DNA from: a virus
Virus record (IMG/VR): IMGVR_UViG_3300015195_000004
Coordinates: 65,050-88,709 of that record
Reading direction: 5' to 3' (one strand)
DNA length: 23,660 nt
The notes under the pieces are model-generated. The model was not told the DNA's origin and made no database searches. It worked only from the letters and a program-made list of their open reading frames with translations. Of this stretch, positions 5,705-14,692 are shown one piece after another (the stretch's first letter is position 1; each line of letters opens with the position of its first letter). A program made the position numbers and the translations under genes.

Positions 5705-7674
5705 GTGATAAGATATATTATTCAGTAAGTACGCTTCGCCAAATGTCTGTCTGCCCTGCCCGCGTGTTTTTTAAAGGGCTTGCAAAAAAGGGTTTAATTA
5801 AAACAGACCCCTCTTTACCATTTATTTTTGGCATTGCTGCTCATGAAGGAGTAGAGGCCCTTCTTAAAAATGGTGAATCTTCTAAAGTTGTGGCAAACAA
5901 GTATGTTAAAGATAATCTTCTTGACAAATACACAGTTAAGAACCTACAAGAAGTAGACATTAGTACAGAAGATATTCAGGGAAAACAGGCCCATTTAGAT
6001 AAGTGCCTTGACAACTTTGAGAATAAGATAATGCCGCGCCTAGTAGAAGCAAACCCAAGCATGGATTGGGCTGATAGGGTAGAAGTTAGGTACGAGGCAC
6101 CTTATCGTAACGGGGTTATGGTAGGCGTGATTGACCTTGATATGGATCATTCTGTCATGGACTGGAAAGGTCTAGCACTAGACACCCCAATTCCAACTGT
6201 AACCGGATGGAAGAATATGAAGGAATTGCAAGTCGGAGATGAGATATTCGGAAGTAATGGGCACCCTTGTTTGGTAACAGCTAAATCTGAAATCCACAGC
6301 AAAAAATGCTATAAAATTACTTTTGATGATAAAACATCTATTATTTGTGATTCAGACCATAAATGGGTTACCTATAACAACATAACCAAGCTCGGAAATC
6401 AGGACCACACAAAATTCCGACGCAATAAAAGAACACTAACTACAGAAGAGATAAAAGACACCCTATTAGATTCAAAAGGTAAACATCACCACAGAATACT
6501 TAATCCGGGACCACTTGTTTTGTCGGATAAACAATTGTCAATTGACCCGTATGTACTAGGGTTATGGCTAGGTGATGGTAGTTCTAGAGATAGCAGAATC
6601 TGTAGTGCAGACCCAGAAATTTTTGATATTATAAAATCTAAGGGTTATGCTTTGGGTATCCCAGAAATAAAAACAAACGAAAAAACTGGAGTAGTTACAG
6701 AAGTTATATCTATAATAGGGCTACAAGCCGACCTTATGTCGTTTAATCTGTTAGACAATAAGCATATTCCAAACGAATACTTGAGAGGTTCATATAATCA
6801 GAGATTAGAACTACTTCAAGGATTAATGGATTCTGATGGGACATATAACCAAGTAAGGTCACAAGCTGTATTTTGTAACAATAATGCAAATTTAGCTTAC
6901 GGCGTACTAGAACTAGTTTTAAGCTTGGGCAGTAAAGGCAGAGTTTTCCATGTAAATAAACATGGTTTTGGGCTTACAATAGAATCGTGTGATACTGCAT
7001 TTACTCCTGTAGGATTTAATCCATTTAAATTGTCTCGGAAAAAAGAACTAGTTAAGGTTCAGACTATGAAAACAGGAAACTGTGCTATGTCATTCAGGCG
7101 TCTGATTATGAAAATAGAAGAAATAGCTTCTGTAGAAACTCAGTGTATTATGGTGGATTCAGAAGACAGCACTTATCTTTGTGGGCAACAAATGGTACCT
7201 ACTCATAATAGCGGCAAGGCTATACCTTATATGTCTAGTCTAATGATTGACCCGCAGCCTCCCACATACCACTTCCTAAAGACCCAAACCCAAGGCTCTG
7301 CTCCCTCTAGGTTCTCTTTTGTTTACTTAATTGGTAAACCTACAAGACAGATACAGGATGGAGTCTATAAAAGCGGTCCTCGTAAAGGCCAGCCCAAAAT
7401 GGCATTAGATTATGAGAACGGCCTACAGTTTAAGTTTGATGTTCTACAGGATGAAGCTAAAGTAGCTAAGATGTTCAATGATTATATTGATCCTTGGGCC
7501 GAGATGTATGAAGCAGGCATTATATATAAAAACCCAGGTTATAATGGAATGAACTGTAAGGGTTGCAGCTATCGCACCGCTTGCCAAAAAGAAGATTATC
7601 AACTACCCAAGAGGCCAGACCTGGCAACAAAAGACCCTAACGGAATAGACGTAGACCTACTAGGAGGAGAATAG
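5701..7674 (+). CDS. PD-(D/E)XK nuclease (Cas4/RecB/AddB-like), intein-containing
   Basis: N-terminal SVSTL...CP; FGIAAH; VEV...GVIDL...DWK|SGK; C-terminal CKGCSYRTAC completes a 1+3 Cys Fe-S staple. Predicted spliced product is 310 aa. Confidence 0.88.
   Translation: MSDKIYYSVSTLRQMSVCPARVFFKGLAKKGLIKTDPSLPFIFGIAAHEGVEALLKNGESSKVVANKYVKDNLLDKYTVKNLQEVDISTEDIQGKQAHLDKCLDNFENKIMPRLVEANPSMDWADRVEVRYEAPYRNGVMVGVIDLDMDHSVMDWKGLALDTPIPTVTGWKNMKELQVGDEIFGSNGHPCLVTAKSEIHSKKCYKITFDDKTSIICDSDHKWVTYNNITKLGNQDHTKFRRNKRTLTTEEIKDTLLDSKGKHHHRILNPGPLVLSDKQLSIDPYVLGLWLGDGSSRDSRICSADPEIFDIIKSKGYALGIPEIKTNEKTGVVTEVISIIGLQADLMSFNLLDNKHIPNEYLRGSYNQRLELLQGLMDSDGTYNQVRSQAVFCNNNANLAYGVLELVLSLGSKGRVFHVNKHGFGLTIESCDTAFTPVGFNPFKLSRKKELVKVQTMKTGNCAMSFRRLIMKIEEIASVETQCIMVDSEDSTYLCGQQMVPTHNSGKAIPYMSSLMIDPQPPTYHFLKTQTQGSAPSRFSFVYLIGKPTRQIQDGVYKSGPRKGQPKMALDYENGLQFKFDVLQDEAKVAKMFNDYIDPWAEMYEAGIIYKNPGYNGMNCKGCSYRTACQKEDYQLPKRPDLATKDPNGIDVDLLGGE
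6169..7209 (+). mobile_element. Intein (347 aa) with LAGLIDADG homing endonuclease, class 3-type
   Basis: Block A GLALDTPIPTVTGWKNMKELQVGD; block B CDSDHKW; LAGLIDADG motifs LGLWLGDGS and LQGLMDSDG; block F TQCIMVD; block G VPTHN followed by +1 Ser. Confidence 0.92.
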
Positions 7675-7677
7675 TAT

Positions 7678-7890
7678 ATGAATAGTGCAGCATTTAGTGA
7701 TTATTCGAGAGCTAAGGCAATGAGGGAAGTTAAGGCCCTTAAACTGCTCCAGTTATTTGAATCTAATAAACTTATTCACATAATTGAGGACAACCTGGAA
7801 ACAGAAAATACTTGGGATGGCCACATTCCTGTAATTAACAAAATTTGTTTTACAAAAGACATTGAAGATTATCTTAAGGATACAGACTAG
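7678..7890 (+). CDS. Hypothetical protein
   Basis: 70-aa ORF with GGAG upstream; operon context. Confidence 0.65.
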   Translation: MNSAAFSDYSRAKAMREVKALKLLQLFESNKLIHIIEDNLETENTWDGHIPVINKICFTKDIEDYLKDTD

Positions 7891-7891
7891 A

Positions 7892-8245
7892 ATGCTATCC
7901 AGGGGGGAAGAGTTGTTATTAACTATCCTTGGATTACAGTTCCCACATTATACTATAATCCCACAGAAAACGATTAAAGTAGGATACAAATCCCTCTACC
8001 TAGACTATTACATCCCACAGTTAAAGATGGCATTTGAATTCGACGGGCAACAGCATTTTCAGTTTATTTCCTTCTTTCACAAAACGCTGAAAGGCTTCCA
8101 AAATAGTCTTAAAAGAGATTCTATGAAGGATAAGTACTGCCGAGAAAATGGCATTACACTTGTGCATATACCGGACAATGGTAAACTAACCCTAGAAAAA
8201 GTAAGGAATATTATATCAAAAATACCAATATACGAAAGTGAGTAA
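7892..8245 (+). CDS. DUF559/Vsr-like restriction-endonuclease-fold protein
   Basis: SRGEELL...YLDYYIP...AFEFDGQQH...RDSMKDKYCRENGITLVHI. Start moved to ATG 7892, just after the previous TAG. Confidence 0.85.
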   Translation: MLSRGEELLLTILGLQFPHYTIIPQKTIKVGYKSLYLDYYIPQLKMAFEFDGQQHFQFISFFHKTLKGFQNSLKRDSMKDKYCRENGITLVHIPDNGKLTLEKVRNIISKIPIYESE

Positions 8246-8251
8246 AACACA

Positions 8252-8938
8252 ATGAATAAACTACTCTCGCTAATGTCTTTAATTAGCATAATTACCCTCG
8301 GATTTATGAACCCAGCATCGGCTGCTTATCAATATGAGTCCTGGTCCGGTTTTACCGCAGGAACAATTTTTTTAGACGGACATATCTACGGTAATTGGAA
8401 AGATCAATTTAATGGAGGCGGCACTACGGAGGTATTTAATCCGGGTACACTTATCACCACTAAGTGTCTATCGGAGTGGCCTGCATATGTTTACGGTTCT
8501 ACCCGGTCAACTATGGTAACATCTACTACAGCCTTTAGTTCTAATAATTTCTATGCATATTCTACGTTTGTAACTTTGTCCCAGAACAGACCTAGCCCAA
8601 ATAGCTGGGAAATGGGATGGTTTGTGTGGGACTATACAGATAATGCCCATTTTTATAATGTAATTCTAAGAACTGATGGATGGGAACTGGACAAAGAGGA
8701 CCCGGCGTATCCAGGTAATCAGCGATTTCTTACCTCAGGTTTTAGTCCGACGTTTGCATTAGATAGTGTAAATACAATAAGTGTTACACAAAGCTCTAAT
8801 GTTATTACAGTGAACGTGAATGGTAATTACTTAACTAGCTATACCGATATGCAAAGACCATACTATGGTGGAAAAATCGGACTATATGATGAAGATTCTC
8901 ATGTAGCCTGGGGAGTAACTGCTGCAAGCTCTAACTAG
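8252..8938 (+). CDS. Secreted ConA-like lectin/glucanase (beta-sandwich) domain protein
   Basis: Sec signal peptide ending ASA-A. Aromatic/Ser/Thr-rich beta protein with ITVNVNG and GKIGLYDED. Paralogous to the C-terminal domain of 8999..10594. Confidence 0.7.
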   Translation: MNKLLSLMSLISIITLGFMNPASAAYQYESWSGFTAGTIFLDGHIYGNWKDQFNGGGTTEVFNPGTLITTKCLSEWPAYVYGSTRSTMVTSTTAFSSNNFYAYSTFVTLSQNRPSPNSWEMGWFVWDYTDNAHFYNVILRTDGWELDKEDPAYPGNQRFLTSGFSPTFALDSVNTISVTQSSNVITVNVNGNYLTSYTDMQRPYYGGKIGLYDEDSHVAWGVTAASSN

Positions 8939-8963
8939 AAGCAAGCAAGGCCTAATTTGACTG

Positions 8964-8992
8964 GTGACAAACCAAGAGAGAAAGGGTAGACT
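8964..8992 (+). promoter_or_regulatory. Putative leaderless promoter of the lipoprotein gene
   Basis: GTGACA(8964-8969)-N17-TAGACT(8987-8992)-N6-ATG(8999). Confidence 0.5.
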
Positions 8993-8998
8993 AGAAAA

Positions 8999-10594
8999 AT
9001 GAAAAATACACTAAAACTAGCTACCCTTATATTAGGGGTAGTACTTATATCCTGTGGTGGAAAATCCATCACCCCTACCCCTCCTAATAGTATTAATAAA
9101 ACCGCCTCATTTATCCCTCCGTCTTGGATATGGGGTGTAACTACAGATAATGTAGTGAATAACACATTGTCACAAACCACAGCACTTTCATCATTCTCAA
9201 AAAGAACAATGATTAGAACTGTGTTTGACCAGCCCAAAAATGGATCACCTGTAGCATCAGATTATTTAGCTTCAGTTACATCAGTTTCTGCAGTTTCAGA
9301 CATTTTAGGCCTATTGATTGATTCTAGTGACATGCCTAATTCAAGTCTTTCTTATGTACAATCTAGAGTTTCGTCCTATTTATCTGCACTAGGAAGTAAA
9401 GTTGCAGTATGGGAAGTCGGCAATGAAATTAATGGTAATTGGCTTGGGTCAGGAGTTATTCCAAAAGTAGAAGCTATGTATGATGCAGTAAAAGCTGCTG
9501 GAAAGCCTGCAGCAATTACCTTTTACTATGAAAACCCGATAACCCCAGGATATGATATGTTACCCTGGATTGATGCTAATATTCCTGCAGGTAATCGTAT
9601 GCGAACAGGACTTGATTACGCATTTGTAAGTTATTATGAAGACCAAAACGGTGGCCATCAGCTTACGCAAACCGAACTAAATACAATATTCTCTGGGTTA
9701 CACGCTAGATTCCCTAATGCTAAACTTGGATTTGGTGAATGTGGTTATGGTGGGACAATTCCACCAGCAGGAAGTGGAGATGTCACCAGGGCAGCACTAC
9801 TTAATAGATTCTATGGATATAGAGTCCCTACAGTCCCGGCATTTATAGGAGGTAATTTTTACTGGAACTGGAATTACACCTCTGTACCAAAAAGCAAGCC
9901 TGATTGGACAGTCCTTAATACTCAGTTCCAAAATAACCCAGCCCCCTCACCTACTCCTACTGTAGCACCAACTGCGACACCCACAGTAGTTCCTACATCT
10001 ACACCATCAGCATCTCCTACTGGAACCCCTTGGATTGATGGGCAAACATATGGTCCTTGGTATGACCAATATGGGGGATATGGAGTAATCCAAACAGTAG
10101 GAGCAAATATATCACTAACTCCGCGTTATACTGCTGGTAGTACAGAAGCAAGTCTAATAACTACTTCAGCAGCCTTCGGGGACTTTACTGCACAAACCAC
10201 AATGACAACTGTATCACAGAACAGACAGCCTAATCCTAATGCGTGGGAAGCTGCTTGGTTCCTGTGGCACTACACAGACGATAACCACTTCTATTCACTA
10301 GTTCTTCATACTGATGGTTCAGGATGGGAATTAGGAAAAGAAGACCCAGCATATCCAGGATCACAACGATTCCTAGCAACACCAACAACTCCCAGTTTCC
10401 CAATGGGAAGCCCTTATACAGTCAAAGTAATTCAGTCAGGTGCGACAATGTCTATATATGTCAACGGGGCATTCTTAATCACTTATGTAGATACAGAACG
10501 CCCATACTACTCTGGAAAAATTGGTCTTTACACAGAAGATGCCCACGTAGTATTCACACCACTTACCATAAATAATCTAACCCTATCTTGGTAA
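8999..10594 (+). CDS. Lipoprotein: glycoside hydrolase clan-A-like TIM barrel + Pro/Thr linker + ConA-like domain
   Basis: Lipobox LISC (Cys19). WEVGNEING is the candidate acid/base, FGECG the candidate nucleophile, plus GGNFYW. PT linker, then a C-terminal beta-sandwich. Confidence 0.75.
   Translation: MKNTLKLATLILGVVLISCGGKSITPTPPNSINKTASFIPPSWIWGVTTDNVVNNTLSQTTALSSFSKRTMIRTVFDQPKNGSPVASDYLASVTSVSAVSDILGLLIDSSDMPNSSLSYVQSRVSSYLSALGSKVAVWEVGNEINGNWLGSGVIPKVEAMYDAVKAAGKPAAITFYYENPITPGYDMLPWIDANIPAGNRMRTGLDYAFVSYYEDQNGGHQLTQTELNTIFSGLHARFPNAKLGFGECGYGGTIPPAGSGDVTRAALLNRFYGYRVPTVPAFIGGNFYWNWNYTSVPKSKPDWTVLNTQFQNNPAPSPTPTVAPTATPTVVPTSTPSASPTGTPWIDGQTYGPWYDQYGGYGVIQTVGANISLTPRYTAGSTEASLITTSAAFGDFTAQTTMTTVSQNRQPNPNAWEAAWFLWHYTDDNHFYSLVLHTDGSGWELGKEDPAYPGSQRFLATPTTPSFPMGSPYTVKVIQSGATMSIYVNGAFLITYVDTERPYYSGKIGLYTEDAHVVFTPLTINNLTLSW
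9938..10030 (+). repeat. Pro/Thr-rich low-complexity linker
   Basis: Encodes PAPSPTPTVAPTATPTVVPTSTPSASPTGTP. Confidence 0.8.
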
Positions 10595-10606
10595 AATAAG
10601 TCCGAT

Positions 10607-10634
10607 GGGCTGTATCTAAACAATACGGCCCTTT
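10607..10634 (+). terminator. Stem-loop, possible intrinsic terminator
   Basis: GGGCTGTAT-ctaaaca-ATACGGCCC (9 bp with one G-U), followed by only TTT; lies 12 nt after the lipoprotein stop. Confidence 0.5.
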
Positions 10635-10655
10635 AGGATCAGAAAGAAGAAAACA

Positions 10656-11303
10656 TTGATTAATTTATTTCTAGCAGTATTATTATTTATAACCCCACAA
10701 CAAGAAGTTCGTTCTTCTTCACATAGTATAGTCAAAGTTAATCGAAACACTGATACTATTTGTACAGGGTTTATTATTAACACCCCCGGCACTGTTAATA
10801 CATATGTGATGACTGCCAAACACTGTAGAGACCCTATCACAAAAACTGACACAGGACTTCCTACGGCTATTATACAGCAAAATGGACACATTTCATTTGT
10901 GAATAATGTATTTAGCTCAGAATCACAAGATATTATGTTACTAGAAATAGATAAATTGCCTCTAAATGGATTTATATTATCTTCAGATAGAATGCAACCT
11001 GGTGGTCAATATTACACAATTAGCCACCCTATTAATTATGAGTATATCTATTCACCTATTATTGGCTCTAGTGTGTTTAAGGAGTCTATAAAGACAGAAT
11101 ACCGTTCGGTAGATGTTGGCTATGATAATGTAATAATTTGCCCAGGATGCGCCGAAGGTACTTCAGGTGCTCCTATTATATCAGATGGAAAGGTATTTGG
11201 TATTCTATTGGCGAAGTCTACCAGTATTCCGTCGGTCTTATTCTCTACCTCAAGTATTAACATATTAAGATTTATGACCGCATTGAAAGGTATTATACAT
11301 TAA
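10656..11303 (+). CDS. Exported trypsin-like (S1) serine protease
   Basis: Hydrophobic N-terminus; CTGF; TAKHC (His); DIMLL (Asp); GTSGAP (Ser). Confidence 0.88.
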   Translation: MINLFLAVLLFITPQQEVRSSSHSIVKVNRNTDTICTGFIINTPGTVNTYVMTAKHCRDPITKTDTGLPTAIIQQNGHISFVNNVFSSESQDIMLLEIDKLPLNGFILSSDRMQPGGQYYTISHPINYEYIYSPIIGSSVFKESIKTEYRSVDVGYDNVIICPGCAEGTSGAPIISDGKVFGILLAKSTSIPSVLFSTSSINILRFMTALKGIIH

Positions 11304-12425
11304 GTGGCAAAGCCTAAAAAAGAAAAATCAACAGAACCTGCAATTACAGATAAAGCAGCAGCCTTTAATATTCTGCAACTAAAACACAAAGGCATTGGGA
11401 AGAAGCAAGAGGTACATGCAGTAATGCCTTCGGAATGCCTCCAGTCCCCATCTGCTCAGTGGAATATTATGACTAATGACGGAGGGTTCCGTCCAGGTAG
11501 TATTATTGAACTGTACGGGCACTTTGGCACTTTAAAAACTACATTAAGTCTTGAATTGTGTCGGATTGCCCAACAGTGGAAACCGGACCTTTCTGTGGCC
11601 TACTATGACCCTGAGCAAAGCGTTGACCTGTATGTTGCAGAGACAGATATGGGAATTGATAGGTTGCAGTTTGATGACGGAAGGCCTCGCTTTGATTACT
11701 GGCCGGGACACGAAGACGGAATCCCCACGCTAGAGGAGATTCTAGATCGTATTTATGATGTTGCAGCAAGCGGCATCTATTCCTTTATTGTTCTAGACTC
11801 AGTAGCTGCATGCATGACTCTTTGGGAGAAAGAATCCGAGAGCGTTTCCGATGCTAAGTGGGGAGGTCCTAGCATCCTCATGAGCAAAGCTATGAAGAGA
11901 ATTAAATCTGTTTGTGCCAAAACCGGCACCATTCTCTTATGTGTTAATCAACTTAGGACTAAGACTATAATGACCCCACAAGGTCAGAAATCAGTTGAGG
12001 AACCAGGAAGCGGCTTTGCTCTACGATATGCTGCAAGCCACAGATTCAAGCTCTCTTGGGCCAAGAAGGATGCAGAAGGAGACGATTCCTGCTTAAGGAT
12101 TCAGGCTGATAAAGTGAAGTATGGTCGGTCCTGGGGTGTAGTGGAAATTCCAATTACACTTGGCAAAGGAATTAATCAAGAAGCAGATTTAGTTATTGCC
12201 GCCGAGGCTCAAGGAGTTATAACCAAAAAGGGCTCATGGTACACATTCCAAGAAGAGATGATCGGCCAGGGCATTAGTAAGGTAGCTGCTAATCTGAAAA
12301 GTATGCCACAGATGGCAGATTTAATAAAAGAAATGACATATAAGGAAGCCCTAAGTAAACTCCCCTTGACAAGCAGTAACGAAGGTGATAATCTGTCTAT
12401 AGAATCAGAAGTTGAGGATAATTAA
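11304..12425 (+). CDS. recA: RecA/UvsX-like recombinase
   Basis: GGFRPGSIIELYGHFGTLKTT; DPEQ; IVLDSVAA; NQLR; GFALRYAAS; GVITKKGSWY; IGQG. Confidence 0.9.
   Translation: MAKPKKEKSTEPAITDKAAAFNILQLKHKGIGKKQEVHAVMPSECLQSPSAQWNIMTNDGGFRPGSIIELYGHFGTLKTTLSLELCRIAQQWKPDLSVAYYDPEQSVDLYVAETDMGIDRLQFDDGRPRFDYWPGHEDGIPTLEEILDRIYDVAASGIYSFIVLDSVAACMTLWEKESESVSDAKWGGPSILMSKAMKRIKSVCAKTGTILLCVNQLRTKTIMTPQGQKSVEEPGSGFALRYAASHRFKLSWAKKDAEGDDSCLRIQADKVKYGRSWGVVEIPITLGKGINQEADLVIAAEAQGVITKKGSWYTFQEEMIGQGISKVAANLKSMPQMADLIKEMTYKEALSKLPLTSSNEGDNLSIESEVEDN
12366..12394 (+). promoter_or_regulatory. Sigma70-like promoter inside the recA 3' end
   Basis: TTGACA(12366-12371)-N17-TAATCT(12389-12394), with TG. Confidence 0.55.
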
Positions 12426-12659
12426 ATGACTGAACACATTACCTTAAAAATACTTAATTCGTCTCTATTACAAACATTTGGCGATATTAATAATACTGCC
12501 ATTGAACTTAATAAAACAGTTAGGTATTTAAGTGTTAATGGTTCAGATTATACTTGCGGCACTTTGACTGTAACTGGATTAGGACTACTGCCTATAAATA
12601 TAGATGTAGTTAAAGATGAAACGGTTCCAATAGGCTTTGTTAAGGTAATATTTAACTAA
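12426..12659 (+). CDS. Hypothetical protein
   Basis: 77-aa ORF; TAA-ATG junction; GAGGA upstream. Confidence 0.65.
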   Translation: MTEHITLKILNSSLLQTFGDINNTAIELNKTVRYLSVNGSDYTCGTLTVTGLGLLPINIDVVKDETVPIGFVKVIFN

Positions 12660-13045
12660 TGAGGAATCTAGATTACCCTGAATATGTCGTCAAGTTTATT
12701 CTAGAATCTTGGGACGATGTTCAAGAACTTAGATTGAAGTTAACTACTACAATGACTACTGTCGATTATATCTATCCAAAGGCCGAATGGTTTCTACAAG
12801 AGGGTAATACACTCACAAAGAGAGAGCCGCAAAATTCTAGGATTCCTCATAATTCTAACAACTTAATCGAAAACCTGTGTGTTATGTTATGCGACATTGA
12901 ACAAGCACAGAGGAGAATGTTAACAAAAGCAGAAGAAATATCACTAATGGCGGTCTGTACTTTCAAGGACCGGGAGTTTACTCCAGAAATTAAAGAAACG
13001 GCAGCTATTGCACTCAATAAAATGGTGCAGTACTTAAACAGATAA
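12659..13045 (+). CDS. Hypothetical protein (weak resemblance to phage sigma region-4-like/activator proteins)
   Basis: 128-aa coupled ORF; C-terminal DIEQAQRRMLT..E...ALNKMVQYLN. Confidence 0.6.
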   Translation: MRNLDYPEYVVKFILESWDDVQELRLKLTTTMTTVDYIYPKAEWFLQEGNTLTKREPQNSRIPHNSNNLIENLCVMLCDIEQAQRRMLTKAEEISLMAVCTFKDREFTPEIKETAAIALNKMVQYLNR

Positions 13046-13692
13046 TGATTATTATACCACGAACTGATTATATAGAATACACAAACTCAGGGCGTTCTTT
13101 AAGTAAAGAATTCTACTGCCTGTCTTTAAAGAAGAAGTTTGAAGTAATTGCCCAAATGGAGTTGGAGGAGTTGATTCCTAGAGACTATAAGCTTCTAGAT
13201 AAACTAATTTTGGCAGTACTTCAGCACAGCCCTAAGTCTTCTATTAAGGATCATCCTGTGAATAAGGAACGTAAGATTAGGCCTGAAGCTAAGGCGGCAG
13301 ACCTTAATGAACTAAACCTAAATATACAATTAGCTATGGATGAAGAAATTAATACACACGAAGACGCGGTTGATTTGCGAATAAACAATGTATTAATACA
13401 GCGTAGAGCTAAAAAAGCAGAAGATGTACTTAATAAAGACTGGTCTGAAGAAGTTACATATACACAAGAACAGATTGATGTTCTTAAAGGTACTGAATGC
13501 ACCAGGAAACGCCCTATAGATGACAGAGGGTTTAGTATAGCTGAAGGTTCAGTATTCAATCACTGCCAAACTTATGAAGAATTAATGTCTCAGGCTGGAG
13601 CAATACTTACCCGTCCTGAAATGTATTTCGGCACTAAAGATAGTTATGAAGATGAACCAGATTATGTAAAAGCTAAGGAAATACTTAATTAA
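13045..13692 (+). CDS. Hypothetical protein
   Basis: 215-aa ORF with TAATG coupling at both ends. Confidence 0.75.
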   Translation: MIIIPRTDYIEYTNSGRSLSKEFYCLSLKKKFEVIAQMELEELIPRDYKLLDKLILAVLQHSPKSSIKDHPVNKERKIRPEAKAADLNELNLNIQLAMDEEINTHEDAVDLRINNVLIQRRAKKAEDVLNKDWSEEVTYTQEQIDVLKGTECTRKRPIDDRGFSIAEGSVFNHCQTYEELMSQAGAILTRPEMYFGTKDSYEDEPDYVKAKEILN

Positions 13693-14468
13693 TGTCAGTT
13701 GCAACTACCAGTAACTATAAGATACTCTTTTATGACATCGAAACGTCTCCTAACCTTGGATGGATTTGGGGTAAGTGGGAACAAAACGCAATGGGGTTTG
13801 AATCTGAATGGTACATCCTATCCTTCAGTTACAAGTTCGCAGGCGAGAAGAAGATACACACCTACTCCCTTCCTGACTTCAAAGGCTATGATAAGGACCC
13901 AGAGAATGACAAAGAGATTTGTGCGAAGTTATGGGAGATTATGGATAGTGCTGATCTAGTTGTAGGGCACAATTCTGATAATTTTGACAATAAAAAAGCT
14001 AGTGCGCGATTCTTCTTCCACAACTTCCCACCGCCGTCTCCTTACAAAACTGTGGATACCTTAAAGATTGCTAGGCGACACTTTGCATTTACATCAAATA
14101 AGCTAACTGACTTGTGCCAACATTTAGGTATCGGGAAAAAGGTAAAGACTGGCGGATTCGATCTTTGGCTTGGATGTATAAACGGCGATGCTAAATCTTG
14201 GGCATTGATGCGTAAGTATAACGCTATGGATATAACCCTTCTAGAAGGGCTCTATGAACGGCTTAAGTGTTGGGCCACTAATCACCCCAATATCAACTTG
14301 CAGGCATCTAAGGACCACCAGTGCCCCGTCTGTGCCTCTACTAAAACTGTCCGCAGAGGATGGAGTAACCTCATATCCTATAGGGCAGAAAGATGGAGAT
14401 GCTCAGATTGTGGGAAATGGTCCCAGGGCAAGCGGGAAAAAATTAAATCCCAGTTGTTGAAAGCATAA
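13692..14468 (+). CDS. DEDD/RNase H-like 3'-5' exonuclease (RNase_H_2 type) with C-terminal Zn ribbon
   Basis: FYDIET; GHNSDNFD; DTLK; YNAMD; CPVC...CSDCG. Confidence 0.88.
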   Translation: MSVATTSNYKILFYDIETSPNLGWIWGKWEQNAMGFESEWYILSFSYKFAGEKKIHTYSLPDFKGYDKDPENDKEICAKLWEIMDSADLVVGHNSDNFDNKKASARFFFHNFPPPSPYKTVDTLKIARRHFAFTSNKLTDLCQHLGIGKKVKTGGFDLWLGCINGDAKSWALMRKYNAMDITLLEGLYERLKCWATNHPNINLQASKDHQCPVCASTKTVRRGWSNLISYRAERWRCSDCGKWSQGKREKIKSQLLKA

Positions 14469-14470
14469 TA

Positions 14471-14653
14471 ATGTTCTTTAATACAGACTTCACTAATCAC
14501 CTCTGTTATATGTGTCAGCAAACCTGTAATGTCTCTGATTCACGAGAACTGCATATAGCAGATAAGCAGTTGGAATTTCATTCTTCCTGCTTGGACCTGT
14601 ATATAAGCCTAATGAGGATAGGTCTTGTAGACAAAGAAAAGCCTCAGACTTAG
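14471..14653 (+). CDS. Small Zn-finger-like protein
   Basis: CYMC...FHSSC. Confidence 0.6.
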   Translation: MFFNTDFTNHLCYMCQQTCNVSDSRELHIADKQLEFHSSCLDLYISLMRIGLVDKEKPQT

Positions 14654-14682
14654 TTGACAAACCCACAGAAATATAGCATAAT
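14654..14682 (+). promoter_or_regulatory. Sigma70-like promoter
   Basis: TTGACA(14654-14659)-N17-CATAAT(14677-14682). Confidence 0.7.
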
Positions 14683-14692
14683 AGAGGATAAT

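Noticed and set aside
5701-7674. CRISPR-Cas system suggested by the Cas4-like nuclease
   Set aside because: No repeat-spacer array or other cas genes seen; solo Cas4-like nucleases are common in phage replication modules.
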